Shown here in pieces: positions 23,271-34,828 of a DNA stretch of 64,000 bases. Positions within the stretch are counted from its first letter, which is position 1. Each line of letters starts with the position of its first letter. Origin of the DNA: Histomonas meleagridis 2922-C6/04-290x (Eukaryota > Protista > Parabasalia); contig JAANOX010000011.1 in the NCBI GenBank assembly GCA_020184695.1, forward strand, positions 682,001 through 746,000, given 5' to 3'. A model generated the notes under the pieces. The model did not search any database, had not been told where the DNA came from, and saw nothing but the letters and a program-made list of their open reading frames with translations. The translations under genes were made by a program, and so were the position numbers.

Positions 23271-24326
23271 TTACTTCCTCCATCCGAACAAGAATATCGA
23301 CCTTGGCTCAGGGAACTGCACTTTGCTCTTTCTGTTGCATATCTGTCTCTCGTTGTGTCTCTGGCAGCGTGACGCGCTGCTGTTCAAGTACACAATCGGC
23401 AGCGGCCTATGGATCGTCGCCTCCTCGTCCCAGTCGAATAGTCCGTCGTAGACATATCCCTTCTTGATGAACAAGTTCATGAAGAGCTGTCGCATTGTAT
23501 GGTACTTCGGCGTTTCGTCGTATTTAAGCTTTCGGATGTGCTCGAGGAAGATTTTGAACTCCTTCGGGAGGCCGGAGCACAGCATATCCGGCGTGGTCTG
23601 GATTTTGTTTTGCGTGATTTTCTCATTACGCTCGTCAACGTTCTTGGCTTTGAAGTTCTGCCATGGTAAAGAGCCTTTGAGGAAGCGAATTAAGACGTAC
23701 GCAATGCTTTCAAGATCATCACGACGACTTTGTTGATCACCAAGATGAGTATTAATAGAAACATAATATGCTGTACCGATGAGGCCGTTGTTGCTGGTAT
23801 ACATTACGTGCTCGTGTGTTCGTGGGTCAATATAAAATGTGGAAACGCCATAATCAATGAGATAAATTCGATTGTGAAGCTCACTGCGACCAATTAAGAA
23901 GTTCTGTGGTTTGATGTCACGATGTAATATACCACAGTTATGTACATACTCAATGATACGAAGCATTTGATCAACAATCATGAGAACAGTTTTCAAGGAA
24001 AAACGTCGGCCGCAACGCTTAAAAAGAGTTTCGAGTGATGGCCCCATTTTGTCCATAACTAAAATACGACTTTTATTATTATAATCAAGAAGTCCATAAG
24101 TGTTGGGGATTCCTGACATTCCCTCAAGAATCTTGTACATTTTGTATTCGTTAGGGAGTTGAGGATTTGTTGCATTTCCTGTTTCGAACTTTAATGCAAT
24201 AATCCTTTGTGTTTGTATATCTTCTGCTTCATAAACATCACCAAAACTTCCCCCACCTAAGTGTCTACGAATTATAAATCGATTTATGATTTTTTGTCCA
24301 ACCAAATCGTGGTTACCACTTTGCAT
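23271..24326 (-). CDS. CK1: Casein kinase 1 family protein kinase
   Basis: LGGGSFGDVY, MGPSLETLF, FSLKTVLMI, HRDIKPQNFL, GTAYYVSINTHLG..QSRRDDLES. Confidence 0.92.
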   Translation of the reverse strand: MQSGNHDLVGQKIINRFIIRRHLGGGSFGDVYEAEDIQTQRIIALKFETGNATNPQLPNEYKMYKILEGMSGIPNTYGLLDYNNKSRILVMDKMGPSLETLFKRCGRRFSLKTVLMIVDQMLRIIEYVHNCGILHRDIKPQNFLIGRSELHNRIYLIDYGVSTFYIDPRTHEHVMYTSNNGLIGTAYYVSINTHLGDQQSRRDDLESIAYVLIRFLKGSLPWQNFKAKNVDERNEKITQNKIQTTPDMLCSGLPKEFKIFLEHIRKLKYDETPKYHTMRQLFMNLFIKKGYVYDGLFDWDEEATIHRPLPIVYLNSSASRCQRHNERQICNRKSKVQFPEPRSIFLFGWRK

Positions 24327-25493
24327 GCTTTGTTACTCAATCTGAAGTAACGTTCGTTATCCTGAATTTTTGAATAAGTTATTTTTACGTAAATTGTAAA
24401 GCGTTTCAATTTGGCCATAACGTTCCTGCTCTGAAAATCGACTAACGGATTTACGATCAAGAATTGTGTTGAATATTTTTCAAAGAAATTGATATTGGAA
24501 AAAAAACACAATCACAAATTATCCAGAAACTTTCCTTTGAATTTTTTTCCACAACAATCATCCAAAAGAAATAAGATGTTTGCCAACATTTATAGTTTGT
24601 GGAATACTTGTATAAGTGGCTTTGCATTTTAAGCAAAATCTATAGATTACAGCAAATTTCCGGCTAACTAATAAACTTTAGGTAAAGAATAAGTTAAATG
24701 CTTTCAAAATATTGACATTTTTGCAAAACGCTAAATAGCGTAATCACGTAATCAAAAATATTTTTTGAAATTTGGTATTAATCGTAAGAGCTTAAATTCA
24801 TTAGATTTTTCTAAAGCCATGTGCAGGCTAACATTACGTTATCATGGATACACTTTTATACCGAAATATTGAAATAAATATTATTTACAAATTTTTAAAA
24901 TAAAATTAACTGCAAATTCTTAAATAATCTGTATTAAGAAGTTATTTCGATTAAAATCATTCGAAAATTGTTTCTTATATTTATCTGATAAAATTGATTT
25001 CTTTCCATGAATAACACAAAACTGGAAAAACAACTTTGCACACTAAACATACACAACTGCATGATTTTTTAATACTCATAACACCACTTTTTTATAATTA
25101 AAAAATTGTTTGAATTGCATCAATCGTGATTAATGGTTTTTTGAATTTGCAATATACAAGTACCATTACTAAAACTGATAAAATATTTTTATCTTCTTTG
25201 ATATCATATGATCCAAGTTGGATCATCCCATATATTTAAGCAATAAAATTGAATTCATGTAACCACCTAGAAAGAGTTCATCACACAAAACATAAATGGT
25301 TTTTAAAGAAAGCTGACATATTTTTTGCATTATCCATTTTAAAAATATTTTAACTTTTTATTTATAAACAAAAATAATTTGATTATTTCATAGTTGTGCT
25401 CGTGATGGTTAAGAGATCCAATGAGATTTCTAATCTGTCTCATTAGATCTATGAAATTTATTTGTTTCATTTTGACAAAGTCTGTTTTGATCA

Positions 25494-27179
25494 ATGCGAT
25501 TTTTTCCTCCTACCAAATTCTCACAAATTCTGAAAGCAATGCTTGCTTTCGAAGTCACTACCATACTAATTTTCGTTATCACAGTAGCTAGAAATTATCG
25601 ACAGACAATTCCTAATTTCCAATCTTACAATCCATGTGAACATTATAACAAATCTATAACCACCAATGGATACAACATATTTCTTACTTTTAATACACCT
25701 ATTCCACATCATATGAAAAATTCCATGATAAATTATTTTGGCTATCAAACCAAATCTTTTGATCTTCCACTTGTGTTACAACCAAAAACATTTGTCCTTA
25801 AATCGTTTACACAGTATTCACTTGAATTTGAGCTTCCCTTACCATTCATACAAAATTATACCGGAACTTTATTTTGCGTTGATCCCAATCATTTCAAGGG
25901 ATCCAACTTCCATGTTCCAAAGAGTCTTCTAGCTCAAACAGAAAACTATGTTCCACTTAATCTGCAAATCAATAAATTTTCAAATTCCTTCAACTGGTCC
26001 CAAATGCAATGTTTTGGCAACACACTTGAAACCCGCTTTTGTGACATGCGTCATGTTGCACTTCATAAAGGTCTATTAGTCTTTTCTACTCCAGCCGATT
26101 TTATATTTCCAGAACCATTTATCTCAAGTAGCGCTCGATCATTTCCTAATGATCGCCCAGAGAGCCGACTTCAACATGAACCAGTAGTAATTCATAATAC
26201 GCTGATGCAACTTAATTCAAGTTCAATATTTTATCCACAAATTTCATATTTAATTTCCCGATTTTGGAACACATTAATGTTGTGGCATATGATCTATGAT
26301 TTCCTATTACCGGTATTCCAAACCATTGAACGTATTGAAGGCGACACGACAAACAGAGAACGAAACATCTTCATCAAAGATATTGAGCCATTTGTTCACA
26401 AAGACTTCTACAAAGCAATTTCGAAGTATCCCATCAAAAATGTGTTACACGATTCGGACACACGAATATTTAATCGTTTAATTGTCGGCTTAGAAAAGAC
26501 CGAAATAAGTACAAATGGAAATTCCGTCCAGCGAATGCTTGGCGCGCAGTTTAAGTTCCGAAACAGTTCGCAGATGGAACTTCAAAGCGAAGTATTTAAA
26601 GAACTTCAAATACCAAAACATAAACTTGACGTCGATAACCCATTAATACTTATCATCGAGCGTAAGACGAAAAGTCGTAAATTCGTCAACGTCGATGCAA
26701 TCGAAGATTACATATTGAGCAAATGCGACTTTTGTAGCGTAAAACGAATCGATTTCGCGAAGCTAAAAATTAAGGAGCAAATCGAAATGGCTGCAAACGC
26801 GTCTGTGGTCGTCGGCGTGCATGGCTCGGGCCTTTCGCATGTGATATGGATGAAAAGATCAACAAAGGATAACCCAACGTCGTTAGTGGAACTGTTTCCG
26901 CACGGATATGTATGCCGGAACTGGTTCGAAACAGCCGCAAACGTCGCGGGCGTTGATTACTATAAAGTGTTCGCGAAAAGAAACGCGCTTCCAGTAAATG
27001 CAACAGAACAATATAAATGGCAAATGAACTACTGCTGGGACCACGGAGAATTATGCACAATGGCGCTGTGCCACGACGTATTAAGAGATCAAAACGTAAC
27101 AGTGGAAATAGGCGCGTTTAGTGGAGCGTGGTTACCAATTGTAAATAAGTTAAAGAGCGCACAAAAAATGAAAAGCTAA
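25494..27179 (+). CDS. Glycosyltransferase family 61 (DUF563)-like type II membrane protein
   Basis: N-terminal TM helix; VVVGVHGSGLSHVIWM..LVELFP motif. Confidence 0.8.
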   Translation: MRFFPPTKFSQILKAMLAFEVTTILIFVITVARNYRQTIPNFQSYNPCEHYNKSITTNGYNIFLTFNTPIPHHMKNSMINYFGYQTKSFDLPLVLQPKTFVLKSFTQYSLEFELPLPFIQNYTGTLFCVDPNHFKGSNFHVPKSLLAQTENYVPLNLQINKFSNSFNWSQMQCFGNTLETRFCDMRHVALHKGLLVFSTPADFIFPEPFISSSARSFPNDRPESRLQHEPVVIHNTLMQLNSSSIFYPQISYLISRFWNTLMLWHMIYDFLLPVFQTIERIEGDTTNRERNIFIKDIEPFVHKDFYKAISKYPIKNVLHDSDTRIFNRLIVGLEKTEISTNGNSVQRMLGAQFKFRNSSQMELQSEVFKELQIPKHKLDVDNPLILIIERKTKSRKFVNVDAIEDYILSKCDFCSVKRIDFAKLKIKEQIEMAANASVVVGVHGSGLSHVIWMKRSTKDNPTSLVELFPHGYVCRNWFETAANVAGVDYYKVFAKRNALPVNATEQYKWQMNYCWDHGELCTMALCHDVLRDQNVTVEIGAFSGAWLPIVNKLKSAQKMKS

Positions 27180-27407
27180 GAATAACATAATTATGTTTGA
27201 TTATTAAATGAACTGTAAGATTGATTTGGTTTTATACAGATGGAAAAGCTTCTGTGAAAATTGAATAGTTTGTGGAGAGAATCTTTTCCATTATTTTTTG
27301 GGACCATAATAATAATACATGTAATTATAACCTTAAGATATAATTTAATGAATTATTAAATTTTATGAAGTTAACTTAAAAAGGTTACTAAAATTTAATA
27401 AATGAAT

Positions 27408-27482
27408 AGCACCGTGGAACAATTGGTTTAGTTCGTGAGGCTCATAACCTCAAGGTTGGAAGTTCGAGTCTTCCCGGTGCTC
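27408..27482 (+). tRNA. tRNA-Met (CAT)
   Basis: Cloverleaf: AGCACCG/CGGTGCT acceptor, GAAC/GTTC D stem, TGAGG-CTCATAA-CCTCA anticodon arm, GGAAG-TTCGAGT-CTTCC T arm, followed by a T-run. Confidence 0.95.
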
Positions 27483-28286
27483 TTTTTTGTATTTTTTTTA
27501 AAAAGCAATTTTACTTTGAATTTTTTAAAATTGCCCCACTTTAATGACTTAGTGAATATTTAAAATTTAAAATTAGCCATAAAAGCATTTTATTCGAAAC
27601 ACTTTCTTTGATGATCAAAATAAAGATCTTTATTTTTTGATAGAATTTAATTCCCTTTAATATTAAAAGTTAAAGAGTGTAGAATTTTCCAATAATCATT
27701 TAAAGAAATAACATTCATAAAATATATTAATTTATAACATTAGACACCATGAAATTTCAAGAAATGAAATGACTTGAAAAATTTGGAGATTTTCTTGGAT
27801 GTAAAATAACCAAAATTAAATGATTAATGGTATTTGATCTAACAGTTGTTAAAAAATTTAATTGACAATTTTCTTTTCACTAAATTTTGAAGATGGAATT
27901 TTATTTTTTATCCATAAGAGTTGGATTTTATCAGATGCTTGGATGATAACATTATTAGCCGGTGGCTCGGTGATTATTCCATCGTTTTTGTGAGGTAATA
28001 TTATTTTGAATAGGATGATTTACAGCGATGAAGTGATCCCCGTTAAATTTTATTAAAAAGTTTGATTATCTTACAATACTCAATCTTTGTGGGATGTATC
28101 GTCCATGGAGTTTCGGTGCTTTACACGAAAACCTATGGTCGGTTCCAACTTTTTCAAATAAGTTCATCCACTTTTTGTTAGTATACTCATCGATAAGCTA
28201 TTCAAATAAGACCCCTTTGATAACATTTTTTCTGATGAAAATTTTCTTGTCACTTTTTTATAAAAGTTGTTTTTAGGAACAAAACA

Positions 28287-31196
28287 ATGAACAGATTTAA
28301 ACTCAACATTCCTTGTTGTTACTTCTTACCAATCTTATGTGGAATTCCAATTTTATATATTATTGTATGCAAAGGAATTTTCGAAACAACAGGGAAATTA
28401 AAAATGCTTGGAAAGGCAAGTAATTGTGTATATATGTTTCTAAGACAAATTTGTCAACTTGGGTTCATGGGGACATTACATTATTGGCTTTCATTTCTTA
28501 TTCAAAAGATACGTTTTCCAATAATTCCTTTAAATATTTTCTTTTTTATTATTTACTTCCTAATGTTTGCCTTTAGCATCTATGACTTTGAGTTCATGCA
28601 CAACAATATGCAAAATGGTAATCCTTCACATTTTATGACATATGTTGGAAAAAGTCTAGACTTTATTTTTCCAATTGACAGTTTTTCTCCAGCATTAAAC
28701 CAAATACCAGGTAGTGGAGAGCAAGATTCATCAACAATTGATTCTGTTTTAGGCGTAATTTGGGATTATCCTAAATTTTGGATTACATTATTAGTATTTC
28801 TATTAATATGGATTGGCTTTGTTATCTACATCGTTATCAAAAATTGGGATCAAATCTTTGAAAACAGTTTATTTTCCACGATCATATCATATCGCTGTGA
28901 GAAGAACAAAGAACCCAAAATCTTTCATATCCAAAAGACAGACACCATATTTATAATCTATCATACTCTTTCTATATTTCATTTATTCATGATCATCCAA
29001 ACCTTATTTTTTACATCCGACCAAAAACTTTCATCATATTCATATTTAACCTATTTAGAGTCAGTAGCTTTATCATTAACGCACTATGAAAAGACATTAA
29101 CCCCAGAAACAAATTCACAATTTGTAAATCTTACTCGATCATATTTACCACCTAATCGTTATTGGTTAGATAATCGTGATCCTCCCATATTTCCTGCTGT
29201 CCATGGTGACAAAGCAGCATTTTGTGCCTACAACCAAAATCATTCCGAATGTAAAAATTTCAAACCGCCGACGACCGTTAAACCCAATATTAGCAAAATG
29301 CCAAATGTTGTTTTAATAGCATATGAAAGTTTAACACCATCATATTATTTAATCAATAATTCATTTATCATTGAGCATTCTAATATAACAGAAGAAGATC
29401 CCCGTCGCTTAATTACAGATCGACAATATTATAATTCAGAAATAGTTAAAGAACTTGCCGAAATACAAAACATATCAATTACATTTGCAGGTGTATCATC
29501 ATTTGGGTTACCTACTAATTCAGGGTTTAGTTCATTATTAACAGGCTTAACACCAGCTCAAACATATTTAAACATATTGGATGGCGCATTAATCCAATCT
29601 GATGATGTTTCAAGTCATATGAAACAAATTGGTTATCGCACATTATTCATTAGTGCATCCGAATTTAATTTCGATGGCCAAAACTATTGGGTCTTTAGAC
29701 GACCAGCCAAAGAAGAAGCAAAAGTACGTCTTAAATGTAATGAAAGTTATGGCGATATGTATAATGATCCTATTCAACATTTATTAATACCTAATTCGAG
29801 TTGGCCTCAACTTAACTTCAATTGTAAAGAAGAAGAAATTAATTCACTTACGATGAAAATGATTGAAAAAGGATTCGATATGCCGGAATGGTTTGATTAT
29901 GCACAAGCATATTATCCGAAACAAGGAATGGAGAAATTACTTAACATTGAAGAAGGTTCGATACGTACTAAAGGTGCAACATGGCCAAGTGATCGATTGT
30001 TATCTAAAGAATTCCAATTACATTGGGGACAACAAAAAGATTTTCTTGTACGCGAAAACAAAAGTAATATTCCAATTTTTGGAGTTTTGTTAACTATTGA
30101 TTCACATTTACCTTATGTAGGGTATGATAAACCAGAATATTATGATTCGATTAATAATTCCAAAGAATTAAATCAAGAAGAATTACGACGTGAACGATTT
30201 AAGAATGTAAATAAATTCGCAAGTAAATGGTCAGTTGGCGATGTCATTAAATATCTTAAAGAAAATGATAATAATACAATATTCATTATCACAGGTGATC
30301 ATGGTACACGTGATATTCCGATACGAGAAAAAGATTCCAAAGTTATTAATGACGTTGTATATTCATCAGATTGTGTACATGGCTCATCAGGAACAGATAG
30401 TTTATTTGTAGTCTCAGGTATGATTGGATATTTAGGAGATGACCCGAACATTAAAAAAGCATTAGGATTAGATAAATTATCAGGAAAAACTATTAAAGTA
30501 CCAACGGATCATTCTGATTTAATATATACTATTGAAGATATTGTCTCTAAACTTAATGGAACTAATTTATTACCGACACATCGAAGAAGTCGAAACTTAA
30601 TTGATTTATCTTTAGATATATATAATGATATTAATAATAATGTAACAAATGAGAATATAATGAAGAAAATAGATAAAAGTAATTGGAAATCAATCAGTTT
30701 AATTACATATAACTTGGAATATAGAGAAGGTATAAAAGTATTAAAAACACATTGCGGTGATCCAAATGGTTCACATTATTATAATGATACTTCTTTCCCA
30801 ACATGTTTAAGGAAAGTAAGTAAAAGTCCAATGAAATTAGGTACAAATGAAGGTAAGGAAATGTATAAGAGAATGTACAAATATTTAAACGTGGAAACTT
30901 TTATGAATTATCATAATCGTTTATATAATTATAAATTTAGAAACATGTCTTGCGTCGAAAATGGAAAATGTGAATTCCCAACACCAAAGAAGTTGAAGTT
31001 TTACGATTATTATTTCATATTTATTACGTTGGGCGCTTCAGCGCTCATTATGTTGCTCGTTGGAATTTTGGTGGAGGCTTCAATCGCAATATATGGATCT
31101 GTGAAAATTAATAAGAATAAAATCGATATCGAAGTCGAATTGTTCGAAGAAGAAGATTCGTCTCAACATGAAATCGAAGGTAACTATAAAGTATAA
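28287..31196 (+). CDS. Multi-pass membrane protein with a sulfatase/LtaS-like (alkaline phosphatase superfamily) domain
   Basis: N-terminal TM helices; PNVVLIAYESL, GLPTNSGFSSLLTG, LLTIDSHLPY, IFIITGDHG; C-terminal TM. Confidence 0.72.
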   Translation: MNRFKLNIPCCYFLPILCGIPILYIIVCKGIFETTGKLKMLGKASNCVYMFLRQICQLGFMGTLHYWLSFLIQKIRFPIIPLNIFFFIIYFLMFAFSIYDFEFMHNNMQNGNPSHFMTYVGKSLDFIFPIDSFSPALNQIPGSGEQDSSTIDSVLGVIWDYPKFWITLLVFLLIWIGFVIYIVIKNWDQIFENSLFSTIISYRCEKNKEPKIFHIQKTDTIFIIYHTLSIFHLFMIIQTLFFTSDQKLSSYSYLTYLESVALSLTHYEKTLTPETNSQFVNLTRSYLPPNRYWLDNRDPPIFPAVHGDKAAFCAYNQNHSECKNFKPPTTVKPNISKMPNVVLIAYESLTPSYYLINNSFIIEHSNITEEDPRRLITDRQYYNSEIVKELAEIQNISITFAGVSSFGLPTNSGFSSLLTGLTPAQTYLNILDGALIQSDDVSSHMKQIGYRTLFISASEFNFDGQNYWVFRRPAKEEAKVRLKCNESYGDMYNDPIQHLLIPNSSWPQLNFNCKEEEINSLTMKMIEKGFDMPEWFDYAQAYYPKQGMEKLLNIEEGSIRTKGATWPSDRLLSKEFQLHWGQQKDFLVRENKSNIPIFGVLLTIDSHLPYVGYDKPEYYDSINNSKELNQEELRRERFKNVNKFASKWSVGDVIKYLKENDNNTIFIITGDHGTRDIPIREKDSKVINDVVYSSDCVHGSSGTDSLFVVSGMIGYLGDDPNIKKALGLDKLSGKTIKVPTDHSDLIYTIEDIVSKLNGTNLLPTHRRSRNLIDLSLDIYNDINNNVTNENIMKKIDKSNWKSISLITYNLEYREGIKVLKTHCGDPNGSHYYNDTSFPTCLRKVSKSPMKLGTNEGKEMYKRMYKYLNVETFMNYHNRLYNYKFRNMSCVENGKCEFPTPKKLKFYDYYFIFITLGASALIMLLVGILVEASIAIYGSVKINKNKIDIEVELFEEEDSSQHEIEGNYKV

Positions 31197-31307
31197 AACT
31201 TTCGATAAATTAATAAATAATTCTTTCCCTAAAATATGTTTTTTCTTAGACAACTTCAAATATGAGTAAAAATATTAAACTCTTTTTATCATAAAAATGA
31301 GTTCGAT

Positions 31308-34300
31308 TCATACATAATAAATTTTAGTCATATAATGAGAATGTGATAAACTAATTGAGTTTTTAATTTTTGGTGTTGTGCTTATGCTTATTTTGGGTAA
31401 ATCTGATATATTTGTTGTATTTTTATGAACACCTTTTTTACTAAGTAATTTAACTATTTCTGTGTGACCTTTTTGAGATGCTAAAATAAGTGCTGTTTTA
31501 AATAAATTAAATAATTTTCAATTATTATTTTGAAATATAAAATTATCAAAATAAATTTTAAATAAAACAAATAAATATCTTTAGCATTAATATCAATTCC
31601 TTCTTGTTTAAGAAGTAATTTAACTATTTCTGTATGACCTTTTGCAGATGCTAACATAAGTGCTGTTCTAAATAATTTAAATAATTTTCAAATGTTATTT
31701 TGTAATCCGAAATTATTAAAATGAATATTAAAACAAATTAATAAATATCTTTAGCATTAATATCAATTCCTTTTTGTTCAAGAAGTAATTTAACTATTTC
31801 TGTACGAACAAAATATGATGCCCAAATAAGTGCTGTTCTAAATAATTTAAATAATTTTCAAATGTTATTTTGTAATCCGAAATTATTAAAATGAATATTA
31901 AAACAAATTAATAAATATCTTTAGCATTAATATCAATTCCTTTTTGTTCAAGAAGAAATTTAACTATTTCTGTATGACCTTTTGCAGATGCTAACATAAG
32001 TGCTGTTCTAAATAATTTAAATAATTTTCAAATGTTATTTTGTAATCCGAAATTATTAAAATGAATATTAAAACAAATTAATAAATATCTTTAGCATTAA
32101 TATCAATTCCTTCTTGTTTAAGAAGTAATTTAACTATTTCTATTTCACCTTTCTTAGATGCATAAATAAGTGCTGTTTTAAATAAATTAAACAATTTCCA
32201 AATAAAATTTTGAAATAAAAAATTATTAAAATAAATTTCAAATAAAAAGAATAAATATCTTTAGCATTAACATCAATTCCTTCTTGTTCAAGAAGTAATT
32301 TAACCATTTCTGTATAACCATTTTCAGATGCTAATGTAAGTGCTGTTTTAAATAATTTAAATAATTTCCAAATAATATTTTGAAATATCAAATTATTAAA
32401 ATAAATATCAAATAAAACAAATAAATGTCTTTAGCATTAATATCAATTCCTTCTTGTTCAAGAAGTAATTTGACAATTTCTATATGACCATTTGATGATG
32501 CATAAATAAGTGCTGTCCAAAATAATTTAAATAATTTCCAAATATTATTTTGGAATATCAAATTATTAAAATAAATATTATTTTCAGCATTAATATCAAT
32601 TCCTTTATGTTCAAGAAGTAATTTAACTATTTCTGTATGACAATTGAAAGATGCAGCTATAAGTGCTGTTTCAAATAAATTAAATAATTTTCAAATGTTA
32701 TTTTGAAATATAAAATTATTAAAATAAATTTCAAATAAAATAAATAAATATTTTCAGCATTGATATCAATTCCTTTTTGTTCAAGAAGAAATTTAACTAT
32801 TTCTATATGACCATTGAAAGATGCTATAATAATTGCTGTAAAAAATAATTTAAATAATTTCCAAATATTATTTTAAAATTTCAAACCATTAAAATAAATT
32901 TCAAATAAAACAAATAAATATCTTTAGCATTAATATCAATTCCTTCTTGTTCAAGAAGTAATTTGACAATTTCTATATGACCATTTGATGATGCCAAAAT
33001 AAGTGCTGTCCAAAATAATTTCCAAATATTATTTTGAAATAGAAAATTATTAAAATAAATATCAAATAAAACGAATAAATATCTTCATCATTAATATCAA
33101 TTCCTTCTTGTTCAAGAAGTAATTTGACAATTTCTATATGACCATTTGATGATGCATAAATAAGTGCTGTCCAAAATAATTTAAATAATTTCCAAATATT
33201 ATTTTGGAATATCAAATTATTAAAATAAATAATATCTTTATCGTTAATATCAATTCCTTTTTGTTCAAGAAGTAATTTAACTATTTCTGCATAACCATTT
33301 TCAGATGCTTTCATAAGTGCTGTTTTAAATAATTTAAATAATTTCCAAATATTATTTTGAATTATCAAATTATCAAAATAAATATCAAATAAAACAAATA
33401 AATATCTTTAACATTAATACCAATTCCTTTTTGTTCAAGAAGTAATTTAACTATTTCTGTATTACCGTTTTCAGATGCTTTCATAAGTGCTGTTTCAAAT
33501 AATTTAAATAACTTCCAAATTTTATTTTGAAATCTTAACTTATTGAAATAAATTTCAAATAAAACAAATAAATATTTTTAGTATTTATATTTAAACATTT
33601 TTGCTTGAGAAGTAATTTAATAAGTTCTAAATTTTTTGATCCTGAAGAAAATACTAAGATATCTTTTGGGATTCCCAAAGTATTTTTTTGAACAAAATAT
33701 TCAACGAGATATAAATTTCCTTTACTTGCTGATTCATTGATTACAAATTTTTTGTTTTCATCCAGACGTTCTTCCAATAATGAAAGAATTTCATATTTTC
33801 CTTTTTCTATACAAAAACATCCCAATTTATCATTTAATTTTTCAATTTTCTTTTCATAAAGATATTTAAAGATATCATTTTGATGAAACATAATTGCTGT
33901 TTCATATGCACCTTCAAATGATGAATGATTTTGTTCACACAAATGAATGATTTCAAGATTTCCACTTGCAATAGCATATTCACCTGTATTTTCTACATTA
34001 GAACCATTCATAAGTAAAAATTTAAAACATTTAACTGATCCAAAAAATGCTGCATAATCAATTAGTGTAACATTCCAATAGTTAATAAATGAACATCTTT
34101 CATAAAGCGATGGTTTAATTGTTTGATTAAAATCAAAATTTGATTGCGATGATATTTCTTGAAGTTTTTTTATTTCATCATTTCGAATTATTTTCGCAAT
34201 TTCATTCGGATTATGTCCTTCTTTAACATATTGCTTATGAAGCTCAAAATCATTTTTTGAAAGTTCTTCATAATTATCTAAAAATACATTATCAAATTTT

Positions 34301-34713
34301 TTAGAATGATTTGTTTTGTTTTCTATTTCTGTTTTATAGTGTGCAAAATATTTTGATTTGATGTTTTTTGTGGTATCTTTATCAATTAAATTTATTCCGA
34401 TCATTTTCTCTATTATGTAAAATGATTCTTGTGTTTTGATATCAATTAAATTGTTAGTAAAAATATCAATAATTTTCGGAATATTTTTGTTTATTTCTTC
34501 TTCTTTTGTTTGAATTGTTTCTAAATATTTAAAATATATATTATTCACATTCTTTTGTGAAAAAAATACAAAATAAATCAAATTGCTTATAATTAAATTA
34601 AATGTATATGGATAGTTTGAATCAAATAACCCCATTGTTTGTTCAACTGTTGCACTAAAATTTTCTTCTTTTAAATTAAAAATAATTTTATCTAATTTTA
34701 AAAGTAATTCCAT
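31308..34713 (-). CDS. DUF3447-like/ankyrin-repeat protein with 13 spacer-encrypted linkers (decoded 855 codons)
   Basis: N-terminal domain open from MELLLKLDK (34713). Removing 49x17 nt plus one 8-nt spacer from 3406 nt leaves 2565 nt, stop-free to TGA at 31308-10. Decoded linkers: EKGE, DDGK, IDGW, DSGW, EEGF, EYEE, NDGW, DDGK, EFGK, NRER x3, KYEK. Confidence 0.82.
31497..33573 (-). repeat. Tandem ~170-nt ankyrin units (90 nt exon + 4x[17-nt spacer + codon])
   Basis: Units recur at 170-nt spacing (31497, 31667, 31837, 32007, 32177, 32347), or 153 nt where one spacer is absent. Confidence 0.95.
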
Positions 34714-34828
34714 TAAAAATTTAGAGAAGTTATTTGGAAAGTGATTAACCGCTTCACAGTAACGGGATTTTTCACTTTTTGTATTCGAAAGTTCGTTTAC
34801 TTTTAAGAACAAAGAAAAAAAATGGAAT

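Noticed and set aside
31497-31746. Conserved hairpin between spacer 2 and spacers 3/4 (AATAATT/AATTATT)
   Set aside because: The complementarity is present but expected by chance in such low-complexity AT sequence. It is not kept in the diverged 53.5-57.5 kb array, so it needs covariation analysis before it can be claimed.
31497-33573. Ankyrin arrays as simple decayed pseudogenes
   Set aside because: Interruptions occur at one fixed position with fixed length. The 90-nt exons are stop-free, and the decoded triplets match the ankyrin consensus.
31497-33573. Alternative decoding D-I-F-G-N-T using the frame-0 IFGN seen in the ORF track
   Set aside because: It needs unequal cuts and uses invariant spacer bases. 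It does not explain the 20-nt periodicity, the G/C-rich variable triplets or the single 17-nt losses.
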